A DNA stretch of 64,000 bases from Ascidiella aspersa (taxonomy: Eukaryota). The position numbers were made by a program, and so were the translations under genes. The notes under the pieces were generated by a model. That model was given only the letters and a program-made list of their open reading frames with translations, ran no database searches and had not been told where the DNA came from. Where the stretch lies: assembly GCA_963924565.1 (NCBI GenBank), contig OZ004610.1, positions 930,001 to 994,000 on the forward strand. Direction: 5' to 3'. Position 1 is the stretch's first letter; each line of letters opens with the position of its first letter. This document shows, piece by piece, positions 27,200-41,400 of the stretch.

Positions 27200-27990
27200 C
27201 GATAATATCGAAGCCGATATCCGATGCCAAGTTGCAGCATCGGTACTTGTCCGATACTGGAGGGTATCATATCTAACAACTGGCGATTAAACCAGGGAGT
27301 CGAACCGTTTGGCTTTCCCGGTTCAGGTTCGGTTCGGGTTCAAAGATTTTTTCGGAATACGGTTCAGTTCCGGTTTCGGTTTAGAGGAATTTAAAAGTTC
27401 CGGTTCAGCTCCGGTTCAACCATCGTTATTTCAAAACCGGTTCAGATACAATATAAGTTGCGTTAAATCTCAAAATGTGGGTCGATAAATGTAGAGAATA
27501 ATCTTTGAATTGTAAGTCATTCAATCAAAGTCACGTGACGTATTAAAAAAGCAGCTATTGAAATATCTAAAAAATAAAAAAATTAACTTTTTTTTATTCA
27601 ATTTTCAAATTTGTTCATAAAATTTTAAACATGGCGAAACTTGACACTTTAAAAATACAAGTTAAGACGTCATGCTGGAGTGAACCGCTTTTATTTACAG
27701 GTACGGGTTCGATTAAGGTTCAGGTACTTTCAAATTATTCGGTTCAGTTCCGGTTCGGCTCCTTAAAAACTTACACAAAACTGTTCAGGCCCGGTTCGCT
27801 TTGACTCCCTGAATTAAATTTCCTAACGCTAAAGAAAAGTTTGGCCTAATATTCTGAAAAACAAACCTTTGAGCGTTTTTATTTCATTCATTTTCCTTGT
27901 CACTTGGTATCGGATCGAATCGTGATGCTTTTTATTCAAAAATATCGGGCATCTGTATCGGAATAAAAGTCAAGAATCAGAAATCCCTGG
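27200..27990. mobile_element. Decayed CCGATA/TATCGG-rich MITE, interrupted by the GAACCG MITE
   Basis: Similar to 35058-35443 (TAGGGATGTCCGATA...) and to ~34560-34660; repeated CCGATA motifs on the left and TATCGG motifs on the right, ending in ATCCCTG. Confidence 0.5.
27293..27811 (+). mobile_element. Non-autonomous hAT-like MITE (GAACCG family), copy 1
   Basis: TIR CAGGGAGTC(G)AA...TTGACTCCCTG, subterminal GAACCG/CGGTTC arrays, degenerate 8-bp TSD (GATTAAAC/AATTAAAT); homologous to 46035-46627 in the opposite orientation. Confidence 0.85.
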
Positions 27991-28614
27991 TTTCGATGCC
28001 TTATCCCTACCTATTTGTTTGTCATTAAAATCACCGAAAAAGCTCAATGCATTTCTTAGTTACTAGTTGTTTTCATCAGTTTACATTTAGGCGATCTTTT
28101 CGTGTATTGTGGCACGTAATTTCTAGATTAAAAAACTCTTATGAAAAGCTCTGCGTTCGTCTTCTATAAGTGTAGAAGACGTTACGAATGACTGAGAATC
28201 GTTCTACACGAGTGCACATAATTTTTTTTGTAATTTTGAATTATTTTTTGAGAAAAGTGTTTCTAAATATTATGTTATTTTTATCTAAGCAAAAATGTCA
28301 TTACTTTTTTAGAACAAATACATTTTAGTTAACGTTGTATTACGAATAAACTCACAACGTTATAAGTAATATTTGTAAGATCATTTATTTTCCGAAATAA
28401 ACGCAAAAACTTACTCAAAACCTAGGTTTTGGAACTATTAACAGGGATAGCTGAAAATATTTGTTAACTTGTTATATGATATACGGTTCAAGAATTAAAA
28501 AAAACATGTCAAAAAGGTTGAAAATCTTACAAATTTGCAGACTTAAAAATTGGAAGAATAAGATTGTTTTGGCAAAGATAAGTTGTTTTCGATTGACTAA
28601 ACAAAGCTGCTGCT

Positions 28615-31544
28615 ATGGTAAGTAAGAAATGTTATTGTACCTAACCTGTTGTTATTGTACATTACTGGACTTTGTGTATTATCTCTTATTACCGGTTGTT
28701 GTATTACGTTTAAAATACAAATGAAGTTGCGTAAGATTTGTAAGTTTCCTAGTCAGCTTAAAGGTAATTAACCAACAAACTACTTGCAATATTGTTAATA
28801 ATGTGAAAAGTTACCGTTTTGTATTGTATAATAAAGTTTTTGCTAATCTTACATTGTTTTCATACTTTAGCAAAGTTAGTTTTTGACACATTTACCTCCA
28901 AGAGCTGAATCACAGTTGTTGTTCACATATGGATATACATTGTAGATATTCTTATCTTATCACATATGTAATATGGCACTCTTATTCTGTCGCGCGGATT
29001 GCCTGGCGGCTATTCGCTTGGTTATTCGTTAAAAGCTTTAAATTAATAAACATATATTTTTAGAGATTCAAGTTCTGTGGTGATCTGGATTGCCCGGATT
29101 GGGTTCTGGCAGAAATCAATATTTTATCTCGTCTGGTAAGTTTTTTAAATTTGTATCTTTTTTACTGACTATTTATTATGATCTACTTTTGTTTCAACGT
29201 TGGAAGTAAAAGATTTTTGCAAACTAACTTATATTTATTTATTGTGTGTATGTTTGGTACTAGAAGTTTCAAGTTTTCAGAGCATTTTTTCCAATCAGTG
29301 TAAAAATGATTACTAATCGCACAAATACCGTGACATCACTTAGTTACCAGAATTTATGCTGTAGCACATTATGGCTGATATAAACCATTTCGCATAGTGT
29401 CACTTTCTTACAGCGCCTGTAAGCTAAAAAAGTTTCCAATAAAATGGAAAACTTAACATTAAATAAATAAAAAAACATTTACATATAATTAATAATATAA
29501 TTTGAAGGCTTTATGGCCTCGTGCCTATACTTGGTTATTCTGAAATTTTTTTTAAAAAAGAACAGGGTATCTTCAAATGCCCAACACACCCACGTTCAGC
29601 ACCTGTGGCTATGATAGCTATTCTATTTCTTATAAGCAGAAAGTTTAAAGTGCATACTTTTGATTTCAGTTTCATGTGTATTTCTATTTTGATTAAAGTT
29701 TTGTTTGTAAAGTAGCATTTAAAATATGTACTTGCAGGCCTAGACTAACTTTATTTTGTAAGACTTATTTCATGTGTTATATTTACATGTAGACGTCTGT
29801 TAAAATGAAGCTTTTTGTGACGCAAGTGATCAAAGGAATCCTAGGTGAAGAAGTTGATGTAAGTTTGTTAGGTTGCCACCTAGTTGAATTATTCTAGTTT
29901 TAAATACGTGTTTCAAAATTTAACTACTGCTGAATCCTTGCTGGTGATTTAATTTACTTTTATAATATTTTTGTGTTTTAATTTTTAAATTAAATTTTAT
30001 AATATACTAAATTTCTGCCTAATGTTATATATTGCCTTAAAACACTGCACTTACTAAGCACAACTTCATTAGTACCTTTAAAATAATTTATTTTGTTCAT
30101 AGTTAAATCTTTACCTATAAAATATTGTTTTTCAGTACGCCAAAGTTGAAAAAATAACTTCTGATGCAAAGTTCGGTAAGTCTGACGTGTGAGTGATAAA
30201 CTAATTATTATGTACTATGTTTTAACCCCCTATTTATTTCAGACATTGGTGACATTAAAGCGAGCATAGCTGGTCTGCAGTTCATAATTTCAAGTGCAGC
30301 CAAACACGACGTCGACGGAGATACTTTATCGGATGAACTACAACAACTTGGGCTTCCTAAAGGTTGGCTTTATTCTTAAGAAAATGTTTTTATTTTGTGA
30401 GACCCATCCTTGTAATGTTACACCACTGTTCTGCAATAATGCTTTGTTCATTGGTGAAATATTGTCTCCTATTAAAAATAAAAATAAGACAGTCGTAATT
30501 CCTTTTCTGCTAATAATATTTTGTTATGTTTTAGATTTACTTGGTGAGAGCAAAGGGATATAAACCTTTGATGTTTCGAATCTTAATATGGATAATGTTT
30601 TGTAGAACATGCCACAAGTCTTTGTAAAACCTACGAATCAAAATCATCGGCAATTCACGACGAGCTACTCCTGAAAAGTCTTCGTCGCAGCGCTCACTTC
30701 AAGGACATCGATTGGAAGATAAACCCCATTGTTGGAAACAATGAAAGGACAATCGATGTCAGAATAGTGGTCGGTAGTGGTGTTATAGCTTTCATTCAAT
30801 TTTTATTTTATTTAGTATATCTAAAGTTTGTTTAACGCCAAGTTCTGTTCTATTTATGTTTAGAAAGTGTTAAATAGAGTTGACTTGGAATTTTATCTCA
30901 TAATAATTTCTCCCAGCCCACACCAAGTGGTTACACAGGATCAGTGTCACAGAAAAATGTGTCCTAAACATTGCACAATACAATTTTGATATATGTTAAC
31001 CTTAGCCACTACTATAATGTTATAATCCTCTATTCTGTGTTAGCCACACTCTTTAAATATGTTTTCTATTTTTAAAAAACATGCAAGGCAGTTTAAACAG
31101 TTTTTACAAGCCAATATATTGGCCATTCGTTTTAGTTTACCAATAACTATCTTATGAATTTTATACAAAAGATTAGCCTTCCTGGCCGAGAAAATAGTTT
31201 CTAACAGTGTCAAATAAATATAGATAAATATAAAAACTAGGACAAATCGAAATAACACTTGTGAATGACCTATGTCAGTATAGTGTCTTTATGGAACCTA
31301 GTGCATGCTTTTTACAAAGTAAAGGTTTTATTTGTTGATACCGATTTGCATTTTAGCTTGAAGACCCACATACAACAAAGAAGGAAGTTATTGAGTTTGT
31401 ATCCACTGAAAGTAAATTTAAAGTCTTGCTGCACGGTATGTAACTTTTGTTGTACTCACAAAATGTTCTAAGTTTCTAATTTATTAACTTTTTGTTGCAG
31501 AAATGAAGGTTCTTCAAACGCAAATGCAGCAAATAGACATTTAG
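28615..31544 (+). CDS. COMMD4: COMM domain-containing protein 4
   Basis: Exons 28615-28617 (ATG|gtaagt), 29064-29135 ([24 protein letters not shown]), 29793-29858 (TSVKMKLF), 30136-30175 ([13 protein letters not shown]), 30243-30362 ([32 protein letters not shown]), 30606-30769 ([16 protein letters not shown]; donor position less certain), 31357-31435 (..KFKVLLH), 31501-31544 (stop). The N-terminus closely matches the known COMMD4 sequence [19 protein letters not shown]. Confidence 0.96.
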
Positions 31545-32461
31545 TTTTCAATCATCATTATTCAAAGTATTTGATTTGTCATTTTGTAGCGCCATTTTAC
31601 ATTCATTTTTTGTGCAATAATAATTTTTAACTCTTTTGATTGCATTTTTGTAGCATTTTTATACAGTTTTAGAGAAAAACTACTGGCTTTATTTCAAAAC
31701 TGTATTTAAATTAACAAATGCATGACGCAACAAAAAATATCATATGAAAAAAACAAAACACGTCCCAAAAAACACAGTAAAACAAAATAACATTATTGTT
31801 CAACATTGAGATTACACGCACATAATAACCAACTACACAAAAATATCATGGACTTGATTGGAGTAATTCGCAAATCGCAATACATAACTTCTTTTTAACA
31901 GCATAGCAGGAGTACCAAGTAACATTTTGCAGTTTTAAAATAACCCTTGATTCATTTTTAACATCAACATATATAAAAAAGACGAGTTATTCGAAACGTT
32001 CACACAACGCTCCCTACTTTTAAATGTGCTTTTATATCCCTTTTATGTATAAAACCTCTGTCAATTATGCTTTAAAATATTTAACACCAAATTTACCGAT
32101 TATATTGTATTAATATAACCACGATAAGGTTATTTTTGAAATGCATAGATTAAGTGACTTTTCCTACTGGTTCATTTTTATTTTGGCGCAAATGTCTCAA
32201 AACGTAAAAAAATATATATTATTGTTGGACGTTAATGGTATCTACGTTTTTAAATGATCAACGCTAAATAAATCACCTTGTTACTGCTTAAAAACTATAA
32301 CGCCATAGACCTACTTTAAATGGTATTCAACAAAATTCATTCTATTTTTCATTGAGAAACAGCCTATACGGTTGAAACACTCCTTTTTGTATCACTGTTC
32401 AAAACTCTTGGGAATTTTCTGTTGAAAATAACCTCCACTTATAGTGGAGGCAAATCCAATT

Positions 32462-35400
32462 TCAAGGGTAAACTTGTGTCCTGCTTGTATTAACCGGCTC
32501 CCCTTTGCCAAACATACTTCGGTTCCATAAACTTGGTCGCGACTTGTTTCTGAGAAAAAAACGAATAAAGTTTTGCAATTACTAAGTCACTGGACTCGAG
32601 ACCCAAGACTCGACGGTGTCGGTTTATTATAGCTTTCCTTGATTTCGGGACTCTAGTAAGACTACCTGAGAACCGTGTCCCTAATCGGACGTGCGCATGC
32701 GCAGTAGCAAATTTAGGGCTACTAAGCTACGAATTGTAAAGGTAAAATAGCATGAAGTGGGATATTTTCGAACCACGTATGGTGGGTGTTTTAATAATAT
32801 GAAACCTCTATCAGGGGATTGCTGTATACCCACCTTATTTTAGTTACGTAAATGGGTAAAGTACCAGCTGTGGGGTCAGCCGGACTCGGGAGATGGCGAA
32901 ATCGGTAAATTTGCCTAACTAAATATGGCATGGAAATGTAAAGTTTGATATAACGTCAAAAGATTTTGTAGCCAATTCTTTTAATATTTAAAAACTATAT
33001 AGTCTAAATACATTTCAGACCTTACATATCTTACCGTAGTCCAAGCACCCGTTGTATCGATGGCCACTTCTTTGGCTTCTTGCGTTTCATTGAAGCCGTC
33101 ACAATGATTGCGCTTGTCATAAGTATGGGGCCTCCTATAGCCTTGATCAACGTGTCTATGGTCTCCACTGGTTGGGACGAACCTTTGAAATATTGTTTCG
33201 TTAAGTTTAAACCGGAATTAATCGGTAAATGTGATGTCGAGGCTACTATTTCTCATCACGGTAAATTAATTGCTAGAAGAGCAACTCGTTAGTATACAAT
33301 GCATATCGCAGGAAACAGGATTTAGCCTTTCACTGGTCTGGCCACAGTTCAAAAGAACTGTTGTTTTCACAAGAACACACCATGAAGATCAATAGAACAA
33401 CCATTTCTGAAGCGGAATTATCTGTCATACCGTAGTTTTAAGACCAACTACATAATAAAACTAAACACGTAGTAATATCTACGACAAAATAAGTTCCAAA
33501 CCCTTTGGAATAAGACCTAAATGGCTTAAATAACAACTGAAATCACATAGGAAGAGTCAAAATACAGATAACATTTGTCAAAAAATCTCAAAACAGAGCA
33601 ATTCCCTTGTAATGATAAGTTGTTTCTCTATTTGAAGTCAAGCTCCGTAGGCACTTTATTTCATATCTAACGCTAGATGGCGTATTAGGGTCGCTTAAAG
33701 CAAATGAGTAGATTATATTCTATTTGAGATTAGATTGTGTCGGTCCGTGTACGTCTCTATTGAAACCTGCAATAAGAGCTCGTTCTAGCAAAAGTATATT
33801 TGAAAAAAGACGTAAACTGCAAATCGTTAAAGTGGAATAACATATGGTGGATAATTTTCTAACCTTGTATTTTGGGTTAATGCGTCGTATGAGTGGATTG
33901 CTGTATATTCACCATAATTTAGTTTCGTAAATCGGCGAGACACAGGCTAGAGTCGAACCCGGGACTCGATTAAATCGGCACATTTGGTCGGAGTCGGAAC
34001 TCTGGTTGTTTTAACCGATTCCGCAGCGCAGTTAAAAAATGAAGAGACATTCGAAACGTTCAAAATGGTACTTCTACATGGGCTTTGGTATCCCTATACC
34101 GCGAACCTTCATTGTGCCCGGAGTTCCTTTTGCTTTGGCTGGGGCGTTTTGACCCCGAGGGGCTTGGGGTTGTGCAGGGTTTCAGTGTGTCGTTACAGGG
34201 GACAGAGGACCGGTTTGTGGACACGATAAAGTTCTTCAGAAGCTTCTTGGCGGCGTCTTGGCGCAAAAAATGTCGGTTGCTCTCCCTTATGACTCGAACG
34301 AACTGCTCGTAGTCGATAGATCCGGACTTGTCCTTGTTTCCAAACCTTGGGGGAAATATAGGCTACATATATCATCTGTAGTTGTCCAATATTAACATGG
34401 TATTTAAAGAGTTAGCCCTAAGGAAATTTGCATGTACAGATTTTACCAAGTTTGGTTTTGTCGATCGCTGAAATAGATTTTAAGACCGTAACTATTATAT
34501 CTGATTACTAACATTTTATGTTCTAGTTGTACAAGTAAGTTATATTTTGTTCCTAAAACAGGGGTAAGGTGGGTATCATATAATATCGTTAGCTGATAGT
34601 AAGTGTATCCGTACTTGTCCGATATAATTAATAGGCTGGTATCGGTGCCGATCCGATGTAATATATTTTAGCTATCGAAGCGATTTCTATCCATAAGTTA
34701 AATTTATCAAAAAATATTGACATTGCCTTGTAATTCGAAATTTTTTTTTTGTAAAACATTTTGATTATAATAAAACTTCAAAGATCGAATATTTTCCACC
34801 TTATCATTTCGTTGATCTCCTTGAGCGACATTTCCTCTCCGTGTGTCGTCATCATGGTGATGAGGTCATCAACCTGAACCATTCCGTCATCATTGTGGTC
34901 CAAGCACCGAAACGCTTCCCTGGGAAGAATTACAATTTAGGAAATAAATAGATTATGCCGCCATAAAAGTCCTGCTGTGCATCACAATACACGCCTAATT
35001 ACTTAACATCAGGTCACTTGTGACTTTCCTTAGTCTGTAAGCTTTAAACTTAAAACTAGGGATGTCCGATAATATCAGATCGTGTCGATACCCGATGCAA
35101 TGTTGTAGTTTCTGAATTCGTCCGATACTAGGGTGGTATCGGTGACGACCCGATCCTATTTTATTGTAGGAATCTCGGCTATTATTTGCGACCCACGCAG
35201 TGATTTTACCCTTAAACCTTTAAACGTAGTAGTATGGCAATTTTAGGTAACAAAGCGTATGAACAGTAAAACATTATAGCCTAATAGTCTGGAAGAATTT
35301 ACTTTTAAGGGTTTTATATAGTTTATTTTGCTTGTTTAAGGACAGTAAAGACCTCATTTGGTATCTGATTAAATCGCCATACGTTTTTTTTTTACTATGG

Positions 35401-38400
35401 GGTGTCGTTATCGGAATGTCAAGTATCTAACTTAGAACCCCTAGTAATATGTCTGCTTTTAGTTTTAACTTTTAGAAAACTAGAATTAAATCTGAAAGGC
35501 TCATTAATATTTAATCTCATTGAATTAGGCTTTATTTTTTTCGAAACATCGAAAACGCATGCTTTAATATTCTATTAGGCCTACCATGTCTACGACGAAG
35601 ATAAAAGTCAAATAAAAATTTGAATAAAATAAGTTTTAAACAGAATAAAGCTTGATAAATATTTGTAGAAAGTATATACTCCACCATTAATGGGAATTTT
35701 GCGCAGCCTGCTAATTCAAATATACAGGTCGATAATGATTTCCCTCTAAGCATCTTATAAAATTTTAAACATCTCCTGACTTTGGCCGTTTTTCATTTTT
35801 GTCTGAAGCTCAAACCGCTTTGTTTTGTAGTTTGAATACGAGGTAAATTTTTTTATTTTAGAATTAAAAAAAAGTGATACACGTAATTGCCTAACGTCAA
35901 AATTGAGTAAAAGTTTCATCCAAAATTCCAAAATTTAAATCCGAAAAATTAAAGTGGATAACAATTGCTTAAAACAACAAGTTCACTTCACTGCAAAAAC
36001 TTCCACGAAACGAAGTTAAAAGTAAGGCTTTTTAGCATTAAATACAACTGAGCTATATTTCCAGTATTGAAGCTTATTGATCGGTATTACAATCCAGCGG
36101 TAATATGATTTTGTCAAATCGTAATATTCGTGCCACATTCAGTGGTATTTGATGCTTAGCCAAAATAGTAAATTACTTCCTATTCCACAACACAAAACGT
36201 GGACCTGCAAGTCGCAAATTATTTGCAAAATGCGGAATAAGTATCAAACGACGGTAAAATGTTTGAATTGAGTAAAAAAACTTTAACGTAAAATAAAGAA
36301 ATCAATTTGTTGCAATTAACGTGCAACTTAAAATCGAGCAAACTTTTACCTGAGTTCGCCGTACTCTCCCCTTTCTTCTTTAATGTACTCAACCAGCATA
36401 CAGAACTCGCTAAAGTCTATGGTTGGGTCTCCATCGACATCCATGAGACTCACAAGCGTTTCCACTTCATCCTGATGAGGATTGTAACCCAAAGCTCGCA
36501 AAGCCATCTCTAGGTCACTGTAGATTGTATAACGTCGAGATAGTTGTTAGTTTGAGCGTCATAGAATACTTAAATCGCTATCAATCTTAAAACGCCATCT
36601 TTAGGTCGCTGTAGGTGGTTAACGTCAAGCTTGTTGTTAATTTGAGCATCATAGAATACTTAATCCGTCATTATTCTTAGCATGGTGGATAAAACGACAT
36701 AGCGGCTGTTGATTTGAGTATCATAGAATACTTAAACCATAATTTGCTTAGACTACTTAAACCATTAAGTTTCTGTGGTTATAAAAAACAACAACTTATG
36801 TGGTAATTTGAGCGACATAAAAACTTTAAACTACAACAAAATAGCCTGCTAACTAAAGTTGCTGTATACAGCCATGGTTTTCCGATTAATATAAACAATA
36901 CCAAGATGCGCTTGGAATGTATGAGGTTGATAGTTGTTCTGAGAGAGTCCTGTGCTTTCCCTCTAGGGAGGCACGTTTTTAGTTTAAGAACTCTTGTAGT
37001 ATATTGTAAAACCACGACGACCTAGCTGTTAATTTCGGCTAAGTGCTACAGAATTCTTAAACCGAGGCGAAAAGACTTAACCGTTGTTGCTGCAAAGATG
37101 TAGGTTTTGGTTAGCTTTCAAAACGAAAAACTATATTGAAGTCAAGCGCCATAAAAATCTTAAGCCGCCGGGAAGCTTCTAAAGTGTAACTTCCTAAAAT
37201 AAGAGCCAGGGAAATGGTAAAACACCGAGCCATAGAATACGCCCGGAATGTCCGTTACCTCGTGTTTTAGTCTGATATATACCTCGATGTTTTGAAAAAA
37301 AGTATGACTGCCTTTGAGTCAATTAAGGCAAATTCAAAACATGACGTAAAACCTAAAAACAAACATGACAAAAACTAAACAAACGACGTAACACCTAAAA
37401 AAAACTAAAGTAAAACCTAAAAAGCATACCGTAAGACTTGAAAAAAACATAACGTAAAATTTAAAAAAAATTAACATGAAGTAAAACCATAAAAACACAT
37501 TACGATAAACCTGCAAACAATACACTGCGTAACACTTAAAAAACAAAAACCCGACTTCAAATCTCACCCCAAGTCCATCATCTTCGAGTTATCGATGTCA
37601 TAGAACTCGAATATCTGCCTGAACTCATCGACCTCGTCAGCTGTGAAGCCAGAGATGCGCCTTGCTTCGTACTGCTGCTGTAACCTCCTGTGACCACCAC
37701 TTGACTTCCTGGATGATCGGTCCCCAGCCCTCCCCTTGCCTCCCCTGCCACGACCACCTGCATCCCTGGCGTAACAATAGGAAGAATGTAAGCGGTTTGT
37801 GGCGTATAAAGGGTTAGCCTAATACAGTGTTTCACAACATATTTTCGCGGCATACAAACACTGAAGCGCAAACTTTTTTTCACTTAACTTTTTGTAAACG
37901 AACAAAACATGAAAGATTGGCATTAATGCAATTTAATTAAAGTGAGCCATGCCTTCGTATAGCTTATGAATTTTTTTTTCAAATAAGTTAAAGCAATCTC
38001 GCTCATAACCAATCTTAATCTAACGTACCCAATAAAACTAGCGCATTCGGCGGCCCAACCAAATTAAGCGACGAACCAATTTGAAGTCGCGCTCCATCAA
38101 TTAAAAAGTAGTGCTTTTATGACAAATAATAAAACCTAAAAGCGTTTAAAACTCTCAACAGTCTCAAGTGACGTTTTATCGCAAGTTTGTTAATTTGTGA
38201 CGTAAACTTTTATTAGGTGATCCTATAATTGTGTTTCGTGCTAATATCAAAGTGCAATTATTCCTACAAACAAATGTTGATCGATTTGCTTAGCATTTGT
38301 TACACAATCTTTTGCAAGATTTTACTGCAACCGGTGTGCTCATTCACACATGGGTAACCCTAGATTACTGTACACCAGGGTCCAGGGGCTCCGAACCTGT

Positions 38401-41400
38401 GGTACGCGAAGGTTTGCAAGTGGTACGAGATCATAAAAGCTTGGGTACCCCTGATATACACTGATAACCTTGGATTACTATACTTTAATGTTGCTGTTTT
38501 TCTCTTTATAGTTACACGAAAAACTATAGCTAGACTGATTTTAAATTTTAAAGAACTACGTTTCTTATGCTGGAAATGAAAAGCTTTGTTCGGCATTAAT
38601 AAATAAGTATGTTAGTGTTATAGCGGCGCATTCAAGCAGTTGGAGAAGGTTTCCTTCGCTTTTCTTGAAGGTATCAAATATCAACTCGCGTACCTTATAA
38701 TTGGTTTTGCATTGTTTTACAATTTGTGGGTCAATTTTGGCATTTCAGAGTCGGTGGTTCCCCTTTTCCCACTTACCCAGTCATCCATCCCATGAAATCA
38801 ATAAGCTGGACATCTTTGCGGCGATTATGGCTCGACATGCTGATGTTTTACAACAAACTACAACTTGCCAACCTGATTCTGCAAATTATTGGAGTTGCCT
38901 GATCAAAAACCCGTAAAATATTTATGTATATGTAACTACACAACGTTTACAAGCCTCAATCAGAACCAACGGCTTGCAAAGGCTATACTGGCCAAAATTT
39001 CACATCTATTTTTCCACCTTAAGATTTTTTTCTCAATTTTTTTCACCGATAAAAAGTAATCAGTTTGGAATTGATTTTTTAACTAAATAACAAATAGTTA
39101 ATTTTGCGCTTTTTATACTAAATTAGTAAAGTTTCTGTGCGTTTAACTTGATTTTTGTATTGATTTAAAGTCCCTGGGATGGATATAGGTAGCTGCCCCC
39201 TATGCCTTTTTCGGACCTCATGTAAACGTTTATCTCTATTTTCATTATGATCGGTAATAAACTTATATACTAAGTAGTTGACATCCAAATCAACTTCATA
39301 CTTCAAACATCGGAAATTAATATGTTTATAATTCGAAAGAACAGCTTTTGAAAATCTTACTTTGCACATGGCAGGTATATCAAAGCCCATACAGAAGTAG
39401 GTAACGTTTAAACATTTTGAAAATATAAAAAAGAGATATTTGAACCGTTCACAAAATGCTCCCTACTTTTGGATGGGCTTTAATATTTCTACTACGCTAA
39501 CCTAAACCTTCAGCCATTATGTTTCCATCTTTGCACAGATATTAACTGTGCGTTAATATTAACTGTGGCAACATTAACTACACACACTGTGCTGCAATGA
39601 CATTTTTTTAGAATCAGACTTAATTAATAACAACTTTGATGCCAGACAATAAACCTAATCTCTTGCACTTAACTGGGTAACATACTAAGAATACTGAAAC
39701 CTCGAATTTTGCTAAGCTCTTATATTTCAAGTGTTTTACTCAAACAATTCTGCATTTAACCTGTTCAATTTTGCCTTAAAAAAACGCTTCACCGCCGCTT
39801 GTTCAGCCTTTGCTTTTACAAATCTCCAAGGTAAACTGAATTAGCAAGAGTGCCAAGCTTTTGCCGTCAAGGCTAAGGTTAAACGGCAATATCGACCCGA
39901 ACAAGAGACTTTGGCCGACCCTTACTGCAACATAATTATCCAGTTAGTGCACCGAAGCCTTGTCAGTCCTGGCACTTCGCCTGTGGCAAGTCTACAATTT
40001 GTTAAAGCGATGACAGCTCCGTCGCTGCTTAAACAAAACAGACGAACCGCTCAATCTTGTGAGATTGATGCGAGCGCCAAGCAACAGTTAAGCATTAGCC
40101 ACGCCGTTGGCTTTCATTTTATTGCGTCGTAATTCGGTAATCAATATTTGCCGTGTAATTCAGCCCTGATTACGACTGGTTTTCATCGATCTAATCACTT
40201 CTCTGCATTTGCCTCGTCTGGACATCTTTCTGAACTTTTAGCTTTGGTGCATCTTAAAGGGCAATTTTTTGTGATGTTATGCGAACTCAAATGCTGACGA
40301 CGCTTCCGCTAAATGACCGAAAAAAAAACGCAAGGTCATATCACTAATTAAATTGTTTATTTGTTGCGAGCGAATTAAGCGTTTGTGTTATAATTAGCAA
40401 GTAGAATATTATGTAATACGAATTGATTGACAGCAGGCTTCTTTTAGTTGATCACTGCTTCGCTAACGCGTTAAACAAGTAAAAAAAAGTGTAAACCTAA
40501 ATTGTATGATTTGTTATATAAAACGTATATTTTGCGAAAGCAGCATCATCAGTTATTTTTAGTAAAATAAATAAATAGAAAAGTAGTCGATAACTTAGTA
40601 CAAAATACATAAAAATAACAATATTTTAGTGCGAAAAACGTTATGCAATTAAATTCACAAAAAGCTTATACCAGTCCTGTAGAGACTCGAGATTTTTTGG
40701 CATATGATTTGGTTTAGCGGCATTACAAATTTACATATGAGCGTTACGTTTGTCTATTTTGTTAGTTTTAGGTTGGTGAGGTGTTACTTGTTAATTGCGA
40801 AAGCCATATCACAACATATTATCAATTCGCGCCAAAACGCCTTAATGTCGTTTATTCCAGGGGTAACTAAACTACGGCCAGTGGGCCAGAACCGGCAAGC
40901 AGAGTTTAGCTATTTAACAGGATTGCTCTTTCACGCTTGCAACTATAGGTCATGAAATGTTGTTTTAAACTACTTTGGTGTTCTGGTGAATAGCCTCATC
41001 CAAAAAGTATGATGAGCTTTGTGTTTGGCAAAGTTAAAAATCAAGAAAGTAAAGTTTTGGCGCTGGTCTAGAATCCTACCACTTTTTTATAGAACGATAT
41101 AAGTTGTCAAAAATGAAATCGTAAGGGAGAAATAAATATGGCAGAATTTTGTTTTAAAAAGTTCATAGTTTTCTCACCAGTAAAAAACTTATTTCATTAT
41201 CTGAGAAAAGAATATAGTCCGACCTAATGGTGTCGTGCGTTTCATGTTTTGGTGGAAAAGTTCAGTTTTAATATTAGTGCAAAAAATGTATTTTTTAGCA
41301 AATTCCTAAAAAACGTGGGATTTTTAGTTTATTACTTCCTTCAGTATGTATGTAGAAATTAACCAACAAAGAGCCATCCACAAATACCAAGTGACGTGTA

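Noticed and set aside
32687-32703. TGCGCATGCGCA NRF1-like palindrome
   Set aside because: Lies in a last intron far from any start site, in what looks like a repeat fragment
36472-36495. CTGATGA hammerhead-like start
   Set aside because: Antisense of an EF-hand coding exon with no GAAA core; coincidental
39925-40030. Alternative first exon of the EF-hand gene (ATGTTGCA|gtaagg, minus strand)
   Set aside because: Phase-compatible but unsupported otherwise; cannot be distinguished from chance without transcripts
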